64,000 nt of DNA from Macrostomum hystrix (lineage: Eukaryota > Animalia > Platyhelminthes), in the NCBI GenBank assembly GCA_950097015.1, contig CATNEN010000001.1, forward strand, positions 17,918,001 through 17,982,000. Direction: 5' to 3'. Position numbers and translations under genes: made by a program. The notes under the pieces are model-generated. The model made no database searches and was not told the origin of the DNA. It saw only the letters and a list, made by a program, of their open reading frames with translations. Each line of letters begins with the position of its first letter. Position 1 is the first letter of the stretch. This document shows positions 1 to 13,500 of this stretch, in pieces.

Positions 1-140
1 AGGCATCTGACCTGACTTTCTCATCGTCAGGCAGTGTACACTCTCACTTGTGCCTTGGAGTTTGGCCCTCAACGGCGCGAATTGCAAGACAAGCCTTTGG
101 CACTGCTCTGCCACTGACCCCCGGTCCACGGACTGAACAG
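1..140 (-). mobile_element. Same SINE family, copy C (at window edge)
   Basis: ctgactttctcatcgtcaggcagtgtacactctcac..gtgccttggag..ggccctcaa matches copies A and B. Confidence 0.65.
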
Positions 141-1443
141 CTGTGCACAGACTTTGTAATGGTTACTTTTTTCTGATTCTGTCTGATTCTCAGTTTCTCA
201 CCTGTTCTCTGCCTAGCTCCATCTCTCCCGCCCCCGACCCGTAGGGCAGAACTCCGAGCAGTGGGATCAATACAGGATAGGGAGCTTTAGATAAGGCCCA
301 CCCACGTAAGCTCAGCTCGGATTGTGTTAGGCCAGGCATGATAATCGTAATGATGGGATAAAAATCCTGGGATTATTTCCAACCAAATCCAGCAGCCTCC
401 CACTGATTAGCTGGCAAAGCCGGCAGAACTGCTTCTAGGCTTATTAAGCTTTTTCTTCTCCCAATTTTATAATCCCATAATCACACAAAAGGGATTGGCC
501 CGTTAGGGCTGTTTTTGGGGAGTTGGGTAAGTTACGAGATTATTATCGCGCATCGGGTTCAATAAAATAACAAAAAGATAAAATAGAAAGATATTGGAGC
601 CAGTGTTATGTTACAGTGTTACAAGAAACACGAGAAATGTTACAAAAAATTCATTTGGTAAATTTTCGAATCAATCTTCTAAGTACGTGTGTTTCTAAAA
701 ATAGACATTCGTTGAATGCGTACATTCGGCACTGTACATTCGGGGATGACTTTATTGGGTGATTCACTCACTTCCGCATAAAATGTACATTTATTTCTAA
801 AAATAGATTTTAGTCGAATACGTAGATTCCGCACTGTACACTCAGGGATGACTTTGCTAAGTGACTCACTCTCTTTTTTCAGAAGATAAACATAGTTTTC
901 TAAAAAATAACTTAGCGTATATATTTGCGAACTAAACGATAGTATTTCAGTTATTTACGTTTGCTTCTAAAAATACTTGTAGAATTACCAAAAATTTCTG
1001 AACACTTGATAAAAACGCAATGAAAATGTTTTTCAATCCAGCGAGCTTTTCTCGTGTACTTTTATGCTTGCGTGCGACTTAAAGAAATCCAGTAAATGTA
1101 CGAAAAATTCTCTTTCTTCTACTTGACACGCTTGTCACAATCCTTCTCATTTTTTTCAACTCTACTAAAAAACACGCCCACTAAATGCGACCAGGTGAGG
1201 TCAAAATCTTTGATTTATTTAAGTCGATAGGTCCCTCTCCCTGCCGTGCCTGCATGCTCCACCCATTCATTTTGCTTTCTCCGTGTCCCAACTAGAGCTT
1301 TTTAATTTGGCAAATTTCTTGTGGATTGCGAGAGGGTCGCAAGAGGCGTGTTTCGGCCGTTGGGGATCTCAGGGCGTGATTTATTAGCAGGGAGCGGCAG
1401 GATCCAGAGATAAATTTAATGAAATCCCTACTTTAATGAAGTC

Positions 1444-1684
<241 letters not shown>

Positions 1685-2047
1685 GAATGATTTGAGTAAC
1701 TAAACGAGAATTGAGGAACACACAAGGCGGGGCGAGGTAGGCTGTATTCGCATCCGGAATGTACTTTTAGCTGGGCATTAATAAGCAAACATTTGACACC
1801 CGTGTATGCAGCAAAGACACACACGACCTGTGCCAGTTTTTCTACTAATATTCTACCTCAGTCTTTTTGATTTGCTTTGTGAAAGAAGCCACACACAAGC
1901 AGCCCAAACAAAAAAATTGCTCTTTTTGGCAGCATGATGCCCATTGTCTCATTTGGGGGAACAATGCCCCACTGACAAGATGGCAGATTGGTAGGCCACC
2001 CCACAACAGGATGACATTATTCCAGTATTTTAAGTACATCGCATAAA

Positions 2048-3316
2048 TTGATCAGGGTGGGTGGAGTTGATCAGGGAGGAGTGGAATTGATCAGGGAGGA
2101 GTGGAGTTGATCAGGGTGGGTGGAGTTGATCAGGGAGGAGAGGAGTTGATCAGGGAGGAGTGGAGTTGATCAGGGTGGGTGGAGTTGATCAGGGAGGAGA
2201 GGAGTTGATCAGGGAGGGGTGGAGTTGATCAGGGAGGAGTGGAGTTGATCAGGGAGGAGTGGAGTTGATCAGGGAGGAGAGGAGTTGATCAGGGTGGGTG
2301 GAGTTGATCAGGGAGGAGTGGAGTTGATCAGGGAGGAGTGGAGTTGATCAGGGAGGAGTGGAGTTGATCAGGGAGGAGAGGAGTTGATCAGGGTGGGTGG
2401 AGTTGATCAGGGAGGAGAGGAGTTGATCAGGGAGGAGAGGAGTTGATCAGGGAGGAGAGGAGTTGATCAGGGAGGATTGGAGTTGATCAGGGAGGAGAGG
2501 AGTTGATCAGGGAGGAGAGGAGTTGATCAGGGAGGAGAGGAGTTGATCAGGGAGGATTGGAGTTGATCAGGGAGGAGTGGAGTTGATCAGGGAGGAGAGG
2601 AGTTGATCAGGGAGGAGAGGAGTTGATCAGGGAGGAGAGGAGTTGATCAGGGAGGAGAGGAGTTGATCAGGGAGGAGAGGAGTTGATCAGGGTGGGAGGA
2701 GTTGATCAGGGAGGAGAGGAGTTGATCAGGGAGGAGTGGAGTTGATCAGGGAGGAGAGGAGTTGATCAGGGAGGAGTGGAGTTGATCAGGGAGGAGAGGA
2801 GTTGATCAGGGAGGAGAGGAGTTGATCAGGGAGGAGAGGAGTTGATCAGGGAGGAGTGGAGTTGATCAGGGAGGAGTGGAGTTGATCAGGGAGGAGTGGA
2901 GTTGATCAGGGAGGAGAGGAGTTGATCAGGGAGGAGAGGAGTTGATCAGGGAGGAGTGGAGTTGATCAGGGAGGAGTGGAGTTGATCAGGGTGGGTGGAG
3001 TTGATCAGGGAGGAGAGGAGTTGATCAGGGAGGAGTGGAGTTGATCAGGGAGGAGAGGAGTTGATCAGGGAGGAGAGGAGTTGATCAGGGAGGAGAGGAG
3101 TTGATCAGGGAGGAGAGGAGTTGATCAGGGAGAAGTTGATCAGGGAGGAGTTGATCAGGGAGGAGTTGATCAGGGAGGAGAGGAGTTGATCAGGGAGGAG
3201 TGGAATTGATCAGGGCGGAATGGAGTTGATCAGGGAGGAGAGGAGTTGATCAGGGAGGAGAGGAGTTGATCAGGGAGGAGTGGAGTTGATCAGGGCGGAA
3301 TGGAGTTGATCAGGGA
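2048..3316. repeat. 20-bp G-rich minisatellite GGAGTTGATCAGGGAGGAGW
   Basis: Tandem units read directly. Confidence 0.97.
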
Positions 3317-4032
3317 CCAAAGTGCATGATCTGATGAGAAGCAAGGCAATGAATAGTTTGGGTTTAAGTTACTTGTGCAATTATAGATTAAATCAGCTGA
3401 CTGCAGTCGGGAACTGACCAACATGGCCAACCAGTGTTCGCTTTGTTCCGCAGCCAACTTCGCCATAAGGAAGGCAGTTGTCAATTTGTGGAAACCGATT
3501 GCCCAATAATTCCACGATTTCTATTCCGCATGACTGGCTCCTAGCCACAGCGTGTTAGTTAAAGTCTTGCACGCCCGGATAGTCCTGCCAGCGATCCCTC
3601 AGCATCAGCAGCAGCAGCAGCACTGGTACTAATAAATTATGCATAGCAACTGCTTCCCTTTAAGTCTAAGGCCAGTCGGTGGGATTCGCATTGGGATCTG
3701 AATTCCGTTCTCGCGGACTCAGACAAGCAGAGCTCCTTGACCTTGATGTTTTGAAAATGTTCACCAATAGCAAACTGGGTCGCAGACAGGTCTGCGGAGG
3801 GACCGCGTCACGCGCGCCAGCACCCCACTGCATCGCAAATCAATCATGCGAATTGCTATCTAACGCTGTCTAACTCTTTCTATTGCTATTGGTTATAAAG
3901 GGCCTAGCTGTACTGGGATACACGCAATGAGACGCCACTGTGGATAAGCACTGTCTGGTAACAAGAGGAATGAGTTGGAGGGTCTTTCTCTCCTAATTAG
4001 CTAACTCTTAATCTTAGTTTCATGTTCTTATC

Positions 4033-4135
4033 ACCCTTCTCACCCTCCTTCTCACCCTCCTTCTCACCCTCCTTCTCACCCTCCTTCTCACACTCCTTCT
4101 CTCCCTCCTTCTCTCCCTCCTTCTCACACTCCTTA
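4033..4135. repeat. 12-bp CCTTCTCACCCT repeat
   Basis: Short tandem array. Confidence 0.85.
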
Positions 4136-4361
4136 CTCTCCTTCTCACCCTCCTTCTTACCCCATCTCACATAAATTTTCTTACATAAATTCTCTCTAAA
4201 ATAAAACTCACAATAGTTTATTAAGGGCAGTCTTTATCTTATCCCAGTAATTCCCATGCATAATCTATCCCTTTATTAAATGAATCTAGTTGATAATTTT
4301 CTTAATTCAAGAACTTTACCAATGTTAACTATTTTCCCACCACCCAAACGATGCCTTTCAG

Positions 4362-4592
4362 ACAGCAATTTTGTATTAGGCAATGCGCAAGCCAAGGAAC
4401 GACCGATCGTCTACTGCTCTGACGGCTTCTGCGAGTTGACGGGCTTCGCCCGGGCCCAGGTGATGTCAAAGGGTTGCGCCTGCCGATTTCTCTGGGGCGA
4501 CAGAACCGCGGAAGACGAGAAGGCCAAGATTGAAGACAGCCTGGAGCAGCAGAAGGAGCTCAAAACTGAAGTTATATTCTACACTAAGACTC
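4362..4592 (+). CDS. Elk: Elk exon: PAS domain part 1
   Basis: tttcAG|ac ... actc|GTgaga; [34 protein letters not shown]; phase 1/1. Confidence 0.95.
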
Positions 4593-7500
4593 GTGAGATA
4601 TTCAAGATTCTATAGTCACCGGCGTTTCAAATGTGCCAATAGTTCATTAGATATCATATATGACAGGTGTGTGTCAGCTGGTTAATGAGGTGTCATAGAT
4701 GACAGGTGTGCGTGTCAGCTGGTTACTGAGGTGTCATTTATGACAGGTGTGTGCGTGTCAGCTGGTTAATGAGGTGTCATATATGACAGGTGTGTGTCAG
4801 CTGGTTAATGAGGTGTCATAGATGACAGGTGTGCGCGTCAGCTGGTTACTGAGGTGTCATTTATGACAGGTGTGTGCGTGTCAGCTGGTTAATGAGGTGT
4901 CATATATGACAGGTGTGTAAGTCAGCTGGTTAATGAGGTGTCATTTATGACAGGTGTGTGTGTGTCAGCTGGTTAATGAGGTGTCATTTATGACAGGTGT
5001 GTGTGTGTCAGCTGGTTAATGAGGTGTCATTTATGACAGGTGTGTGTCAGCTGGTTAATGATGTGTCATATATGACAGGTGTGTGTGTCAGCTGGTTAAT
5101 GAGGTGTCATATATGACAGGTGTGTGTGTCAGCTGGTTAATGAGGTGTCATTTATGACAGGTGTGTGTGTGTCAGCTGGTTAATGAGGTGTCATATATGA
5201 CAGGTGTGTGTGTGTCAGCTGGTTAATGAGGTGTCATTTATGACAGGTGTGTGTGTTTCAGCTGGTTAATGTGGTGTCATATATGACAGGTGTGTGTGTC
5301 AGCTGGTTAATGATGTGTCATATATGACAGGTGTGTGTGTGTCAGCTGGTTAATGAGGTGTCATTTATGACAGGTGTGTGTGTGTCAGCTGGTTAATGAG
5401 GTGTCATATATGACAGGTGTGTGTGTCAGCTGGTTAATGAGGTGTCATTTATGACAAGTAGCTCGTACGAATCCGTCATTAAATCACAGTTTTCACTGTC
5501 GCGTATGTCATACATTGCTCGCTCACTCGCTTAAAAGTAAAACAACAACTGGCTCCCTTCCCTGTCACATTTGGCTCGAGTCTAACGTCTTTTCCATTAT
5601 TCAAATTTTATTTCCTCCGCCACTAGGCCATAGGCTCTTTCTGTGTCTCCGTAGAAGCATCTCGCGGACCAGTAGAAAGTGGATGACACTGGCGGGACAC
5701 GGGACAGGCCGGCTGGGGTGGCGATGCTCCGTCAAATCCCCTGACATTGAAAAAGTGCAGCTGCAACACTTTTGCCAATTCGGTTCCCATCTCAAGCAAG
5801 CACATTCTCTGCCCCAGATTTGACGGGAAAAGTTGCTGCCTGAAGTCTGGACACTTCATCAGCCAGATGCGGCACACAGACAGGCTTTGGGCTTAGCGAC
5901 ACCCCCTAGGGTTTAGGAGGCTGGCACAGCATCTCAGCCTCACTAACCTCACATTTCCTCTCCAGGCAGCTCAAAAGGAATCACATTTTTTCATTGCTTT
6001 TCGATTCTAACAAACCTACCGCCTTTTTCTCGTCATTCGTGTTTCGCTCGTTCACAATCCATCACACTTCATCACACTCCATCACACTCCATTACAATCC
6101 ATCACACTCCATCACACTCCATCACACTCCATTACAATCCATCACACTCCATCACACTGCATCACACTGCATCACACTCCATCACACTGCATCACACTCC
6201 ATCACACTGCATCACACCCCATCACACTGCATCACACTCCATCACACTGCATCACACTCCATCACACTGCATCACACCCCATCACACTCCATTACAATCC
6301 ATCACACTGCATCACACTCCATCACACTGCATCACACTCCATCACACTGCATCACACCCCATCACACTCCATTACAATCCATCATACTCCATCACACTGC
6401 ATCACAGCCCATCACACTCCATTAAAATCCATCACACTCCATCACACTCCATGACACCCCATCACACTCCATCACACTCCATGACACCCCATCACACTCC
6501 ATCACACTCCATGACACCCCATCACACTCCATTACAATCCATCACACTCCATCACACTCCATCACACCCCATCACACTCCATTACAATCCATCACACTCC
6601 ATCACACTCCATCACACCCCATCACACTCCATTAAAATCCATCACACTCCATCACACTCCATTACAATCCATCACACTTCATCACACCCCATCACACTCC
6701 ATCACACTCCATTACACTCCATCACACTTTATCACACATCACACATCCTAACAAGTCCTCACCCCCGTGATTAATCCACAGGCAACGCCTTCCTCTGCCT
6801 ACTGGACATTGTGCCAATCAAGAATGAGAAAGGCGAGGTGGTGCTGTTTCTGGCCTCGCACAAGGACATCACCAAGGAGAAGGGAGCCAACTGTGGACTG
6901 CTCAGTCCTGGTGGTGACTCAGCTCACAGTGAGTAGAGCTGTTCTATTATTCAGTACAGCTTCTGTAGAGCTGTACAGAAGGAAGGATGTACAGGAAGAA
7001 GGATGTACAGAAAGAATGATGTACAGGAAGAAGGATGTACAGAAGGAAAGATGTACAGGAAGAAGGATGTACAGAAAGAATGATGTACAGAAGGAAGGAT
7101 GTACAGGAAGAAGGATGTACAGAAGGAAGGATGTACAGAAGGAAGGATGTACAGGAAGAAGGATGTGCAGGAAGAAGGATGTACAGAAAGAATGATGTAC
7201 AGAAGGAAGGGTGTACAGAAGGAAGGATGTACAGGAAGAAGGATGTGCAGGAAGAAGGATGTGCAGGAAGAAGGATGTGCAGGAAGAAGGATGTACAGAA
7301 AGAATGATGTACAGAAGGAAGGGTGTACAGAAGGAAGGATGTGCAGGAAGAAGGATGTGCAGGAAGAAGGATGTGCAGGAAGAAGGATGTACAGAAAGAA
7401 TGATGTACAGAAGGAAGGGTGTACAGAAGGAAGGATGTGCAGGAAGAAGAATGTGCAGGAAGAAGGATGTGCAGGAAGAAGGATGTGCAGGAAGAAGGAT

Positions 7501-10500
7501 GTGCAGGAAGAAGGATGTACAGAAGGAAGGATGTACAGAAAGAAGGATGTACAGGAAGAAGGATGTGCAGGAAGAAGGATGTGCAGGAAAAAAGGATGTA
7601 CAGAAGGAAGGATGTACAGAAGGAAGGATGTACAGAAGGAAGGATGTACAGGAAGAAGGATGTGCAGGAAGAAGGATGTGCAGGAAGAAGGATGTGCAGG
7701 AAGAAGGATGTGCAGGAAGAAGGATGTGCAGGAAGAAGGATGTGCAGGAAGAAGGATGTGCAGGAAGAAGGATGTGCAGGAAGAAGGATGTGCAGGAAGA
7801 AGGATGTACAGAAGGAAGGGTGTACAGAAGGAAGGATGTACAGGAAGAAGGATGTGCAGGAAGAAGGATGTACAGAAAGAATGATGTACAGAAGGAAGGG
7901 TGTACAGAAGGAAGGATGTACAGGAAGAAGGATGTACAGAAGGAAGGATGTGCAGGAAGAAGGATGTACAGAAGGAAGGATGTACAGAAAGAAGGATGTA
8001 CAGGAAGAAGGATGTGCAGGAAGAAGGATGTGCAGGAAAAAAGGATGTACAGAAGGAAGGATGTACAGAAGGAAGGATGTACAGAAGGAAGGATGTACAG
8101 AAGGAAGGATGTACAGAAGGAAGGATGTACAGGAAGAAGGATGTGCAGGAAGAAGGATGTGCAGGAAGAAGGATGTGCAGGAAGAAGGATGTGCAGGAAG
8201 AAGGATGTGCAGGAAGAAGGATGTACAGAAGGAAGGATGTACAGAAAGAAGGATGTGCAGGAAGAAGGATGTGCAGGAAAAAAGGATGTACAGAAGGAAG
8301 GATGTACAGAAGGAAGGATGTACAGAAGGAAGGATGTACAGAAGGAAGGATGTACAGGAAGAAGGATGTGCAGGAAGAAGGATGTGCAGGAAGAAGGATG
8401 TGCAGGAAGAAGGATGTGCAGGAAGAAGGATGTACGGAAGGAAGGATGTACAGAAAGAAGGATGTACAGGAAGAAGGATGTGCAGGAAGAAGGATGTGCA
8501 GGAAAAAAGGATGTACAGAAGGAAGGATGTACAGAAGGAAGGATGTACAGGAAGAAGGATGTATTAAATGACATAGTGCACTTCATTCTAGCTGACATTG
8601 TTCAGTTTTGAAACAAAAGTTTTCTCTTTAAAAAGGTAGAGCAGCAGCTATAAGATCTGGTGGCGCTCTGAGACCTGGTCCGCGGGGTGCAACTCAGCCC
8701 GCTAATCCGGATTAATACAATCAGGACCTTCTGATCCGCGCCGCCTTTTCTCTCCGATCTCCCCATTTCGCTGAAAAGTTTTCTCCTCATTTCTGTCTTC
8801 TCCGCTACCCGCTATACCCGATCCCCGAGGCAATGAAAACAGAATTATAGGGGCTGCGGGCGGGACACACATCAGCGGCTTGTCCTCCTTCAACTCCTGG
8901 CATGCCGCACACGAGCCAAAACAGCCCGTAGCCCCAGGGCCGGCTTGGCTGCCTTCTTTTAGGTCCGCTTCCAGGGGCGGCGAGTGCTAAAGAGGGGACA
9001 GGATGGCTAGAACAGTGAGAACAGAGCTCAAGCTCAATGTCATGGCTGATAAAAGCTGCTCGTTATAATTATGTTCCAACACATAGCTACCTATCTACAT
9101 ACTTTTCTGACTGAGATCTTTCAGTCAATCCACCTCTTATATCTCCCTTGCTACCAATCTATCTACAATATCTACCAATCTATTAACAATATCTACCAAT
9201 CTATCTACAACATCTACCAATCCATCTGCAATATCTACCAATCCATCTGCAATATCTACCTATCTATCTACAATATCTACCTATCTATCTGCAATATCTA
9301 CCTATCTATCTACAACATCTACCAATCCATCTGCAATATCTAACAATCTATCTACAACATCTACCAATCCATCTGCAATATCTGCCAATCTATCTGCAAT
9401 ATCTACCAATCTATCTGCAATATCTACCAATCCATCTGCAATATCTAACAATCTATCTACAACATCTACCAATCCATCTGCAATATCTACCAATCCATCT
9501 GCAATATCTACTAATCTATCTGCAATATCTACCAATCTATTAACAATATCTACCAATCTATTTACAACATCTACCAATCCATCTGCAATATCTACCAATC
9601 CATCTGCAATATCTACCTATCTATCTGCTATATCTACCTATCTATCTGCAATATCTACCTATCTATCTGCAATATCTACCTATCTATCTACAATATCTAC
9701 CTATCTATCTACAATATCTACCTATCTATCTGCAATATCTACCTATCTATCTACAACATCTACCAATCCATCTGCAATATCTGCCAATCTATCTGCAATA
9801 TCTACCAATCTATCTGCAATATCTACCAATCTATCGACAATATCTACCGACCTATCTACACTATCTACCAATCCATCTACCTAATCTGTCTACCAACCTA
9901 ACTACCCACCTGTCTGTATACCTACCTATTTACCCATCAATCTCGCCCGGGGCAGCACTAACTAACTAGGTAAGTCAATTAAGTAGAACCGCTGTCGACT
10001 CTACAGGATGTAAAATTTCTAATCCGGGATGAGTGCATGGCAGCCCCAAATAGCTTAGTCACCTTGAATTCATCCCTCAAGGCAGGCAGGTGAATGATTG
10101 GGTGGGGCTAGTTATAAAAATTGATCTTAATTGCTCAATTTCCCGGCTCCCAGCTTTTCCAAAGCAATTTTGTGAGTTCGAAATTGAGAGCAATTTGGCT
10201 TTTAGAAAAGAAGTGCCTACGGCAGGTGGCCCCAGTTGCAGAGGAAAAATTAGTTTTTTATCTTTTTTAAAGAGAAAGTTGCTCTCCAGAAAATTTCTGG
10301 AATCATTCACTTTCTTCAATTCAGCTTAATCATTTAGTTCTCAATTGAATGCAAATAATTATTAGAAAACGTGTTTGAATCTGTGCAAAAAATATCACAG
10401 TCACGTCAGAACTCACTTTTGAAGTCTTAAAACTCTTCCTGACCAATCAGAGCAGTCCAGAAAACCCAAAACCCTTCCTGACCAATCCGAACAGTACGGG

Positions 10501-13500
10501 ACCCCAAAAACTCTTCCTGACCAATCAGAACAGCTCGGAACCCCCAAAATACATTCAGACCAATCAGATCCCTCCAGCCAGTGCAACAATGTCTCGCCAT
10601 CATCACGGCCTCGTTCTCGACTATCAGAAATCTCTGGCCCAGCCGAAGCGGCGGACAACGATTCCAGTTCCTCAGCTAGTGTGGGCGCGGATTCGAATCC
10701 AGAAGAAGAAGACAACAACGATGAAGAAGAAGAGGAGAGGAGCACGGCTTACAAATACGAGAGGCGGCGGTCCAGGGCGGTTCTGTACCACCTGAGCGGC
10801 CAGTTTGACTCCAAGAGCAAGAACAAGACCTTCAGTCAGTTGAACAAGGTTCGTGACAGCAATGAGCCACTTAAGCTTCTAGATCAAATTTAAGGGTGTT
10901 GAAGGATTTTAATTTTTCCGAATTTTAATTCCGAAGTCTGAAAACCTTAAATCCTTAAATACCAACATACGGAATCCCAAAAATCCCGAATCCAAAGATC
11001 CACTGAATCCCAGATTTCTGAATCCCAAAATCCTAAACCCCAAAATCCCGAATCCGAAAATCTACTGAACCCCAAATTCCCGAATCCCAAAATCCCGAAT
11101 CCCAAAATCCCGAATCCCAAAATCCCGAACCCCAAAATCCCGAATCCCAAAATCCCGAATCCCAAAATCCCGAACCCCAAAATCCCGAATCCCAAAATCC
11201 CGAACCCCAAAATCCCGAATCCCAAAATCCCGAATCCCAAAATCCCGAACCCCAAAATCCCGAATCCCCAAATCCCGTATCCAAAAATCCAGATTCCAAA
11301 AATTTCCGAATCCCAAAATCCCGATTCCCAAAATCCCGAAATGCAAAATCCCGAATCCCAAAATCCCGATTCCCAAAATCCCGAAATGCAAAATCCCGAA
11401 TCCCAAAATCCCGATTCCCAAAATCCCGATTCCCAAAATCCCGAATTGCAAAATCCCGAATCCCAAAATCCCGATTCCCAAAATCCAGATTCCCAAAATC
11501 CCGATTCCCAAAATCCAGAATTGCAAAATCCCGAATCCCAAAATCCCGATTCCCAAAATCCCGAATCCCCAAATTCCGTATCCAAAAATCCGGAATCCTG
11601 AAATCCTGAATTACTAATTCCTTAATCCCTAAAACCCAAATGAAAAATTTCGAAAAAAATTAACTATATTTAAAAATCCTGAATTTCAAAGTCAACAAGT
11701 TCGCTGTTTGTCATGCAAAAACAAGGTCATCCAAGTCTGCTTATACAGAAGAAAATAAATTTTTCAATTTGCATTGCCTCTTCTATCCAAATTGCCTTTG
11801 CCTTTTCTCAGTGCCCTGAGAAAAAAAATTGAAAATGCAAAACTGTTCGCCCATGCTAATTTGTTTCCTTAAAATATCTCGATTATTTGCATTTTCTACA
11901 CTAAACTGCCTGCTCGATGTTTATTTCGTTTTTTGCATTCCCGACTTTCAAATTTTAGAATCCGGTTAGAAATGTAAAATTTGACTGTCCATTTTGTTTG
12001 ACATTGTGTTTCCTCGTTGCTATGTAAAACTTTCGAATTTCTTCGTGGGAATCACAATGAAGTGCACAAACAGTTCAACTCTTCACTTTAAAGGTTGTTT
12101 AACAAAAAAATCGCGTAGCTATTGGGTTAAAACTTTGTGATAGAGACATGGAATGGGAAAGTGGATTATTTTCTATTAGACAGGAGTGTTTCCTGTTAGA
12201 CAGGAGTGTTTCCTGTTAGACAGGAGTGTATCCTGTTAGACGGGAGTGTTTCCTGTTAGACAGGAGTGTTTCCTGTTAGACAGGAGTGTATCCTGTTAGA
12301 CGGGAGTGTATCCTGTTAGACAGGAGTGTATCCTGTTAGACAGGAGTGTATCCTGTTAGACGGGAGTGTATCCTGTTAGACAGGAGTGTATCCTGTTAGA
12401 CAGGAGTGTATCCTGTTAGATAGGAGTGTATCCTGTTAGACAGGAGTGTATCCTGTTAGACTGGAGCGTATCCTGTTAGACAGGACTGTATCCTGTTAGA
12501 CAGGAGTGTATCCTGTTAGACAGGAGTGTATCCTGTTATACTGGAGCGTATCCTGTTAGACAGGAGTGTATCCTGTTATACTGGAGCGTATCCTGTTAGA
12601 CAGGAGTGTTTCCTGTTAGACAGGAGTGTTTCCTGTTAGACAGTAGTGTTTCCTGTTAGACAGGAGTGTTTCCTGTTAGACAGGAGTGTATCCTGTTAGA
12701 CTGGAGTGTTTCCTGTTAGACAGGAATGTTTCCTGTTAGACAGGAGTGTTTCCTGTTAGACAGGAGTGTATCCTGTTAGACAGGAGTGTATCCTGTTAGA
12801 CAGGAGTGTTTCCTGTTAGACAGGAGTGTTTCCTGTTAGACAGGAGTGTTTCCTGTTAGACAGGAGTGTTTCCTGTTAGACAGGAGTGTATCCTGTTAGA
12901 CAGGAGTGTATCATGTTAGACAGGAGTGTATCATGTTAGACAGGACTGTATCCTGTTAGACAGGAGTGTATCCTGTTAGACAGGAGTGTATCGTGTTATA
13001 CTGGAGCGTATCCTGTTAGACAGGAGCGTATCCTGTTATACTGGAGTGTATCCTGTTAGACAGGAGTGTATCCTGTTAGACAGGAGTGTATCATGTTAGA
13101 CAGGAGTGTATCCTGTTAGACAGGAGTGTTTCCTGTTAGACAGGACTGTTTCCTGTTAGACAGGAGTGTATCCTGTTAGACAGGACTGTTTCCTGTTAGA
13201 CAGGAGTGTTTCCTGTTAGACAGGACTGTTTCCTGCAAGGCAGGAGTGTTTCCTGTTAGACAGGACTGTTTCCTGCAAGGCAGGAGTGTTTCCTATAAAA
13301 TGGGATTCCTTAGTATTTCAGAGAGTTTTTACGAAGGTATCAGTGAATCAAGAAAGTTTCATCATTTAATTATTATTTGTCACAGATCTGCATGAACTCG
13401 CGGCTTCACATGCTAAAAAATACTTGTTCACATTGCATTACCCAGCAACTCAATGTTCTGAAAGCCTTCAAAGTATCTCCAATTATTATTATTGCCAACA

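Noticed and set aside
6919-8611. Overlapping 200-560-aa ORFs on both strands
   Set aside because: 16-bp stop-poor repeat cycling through frames; intronic.
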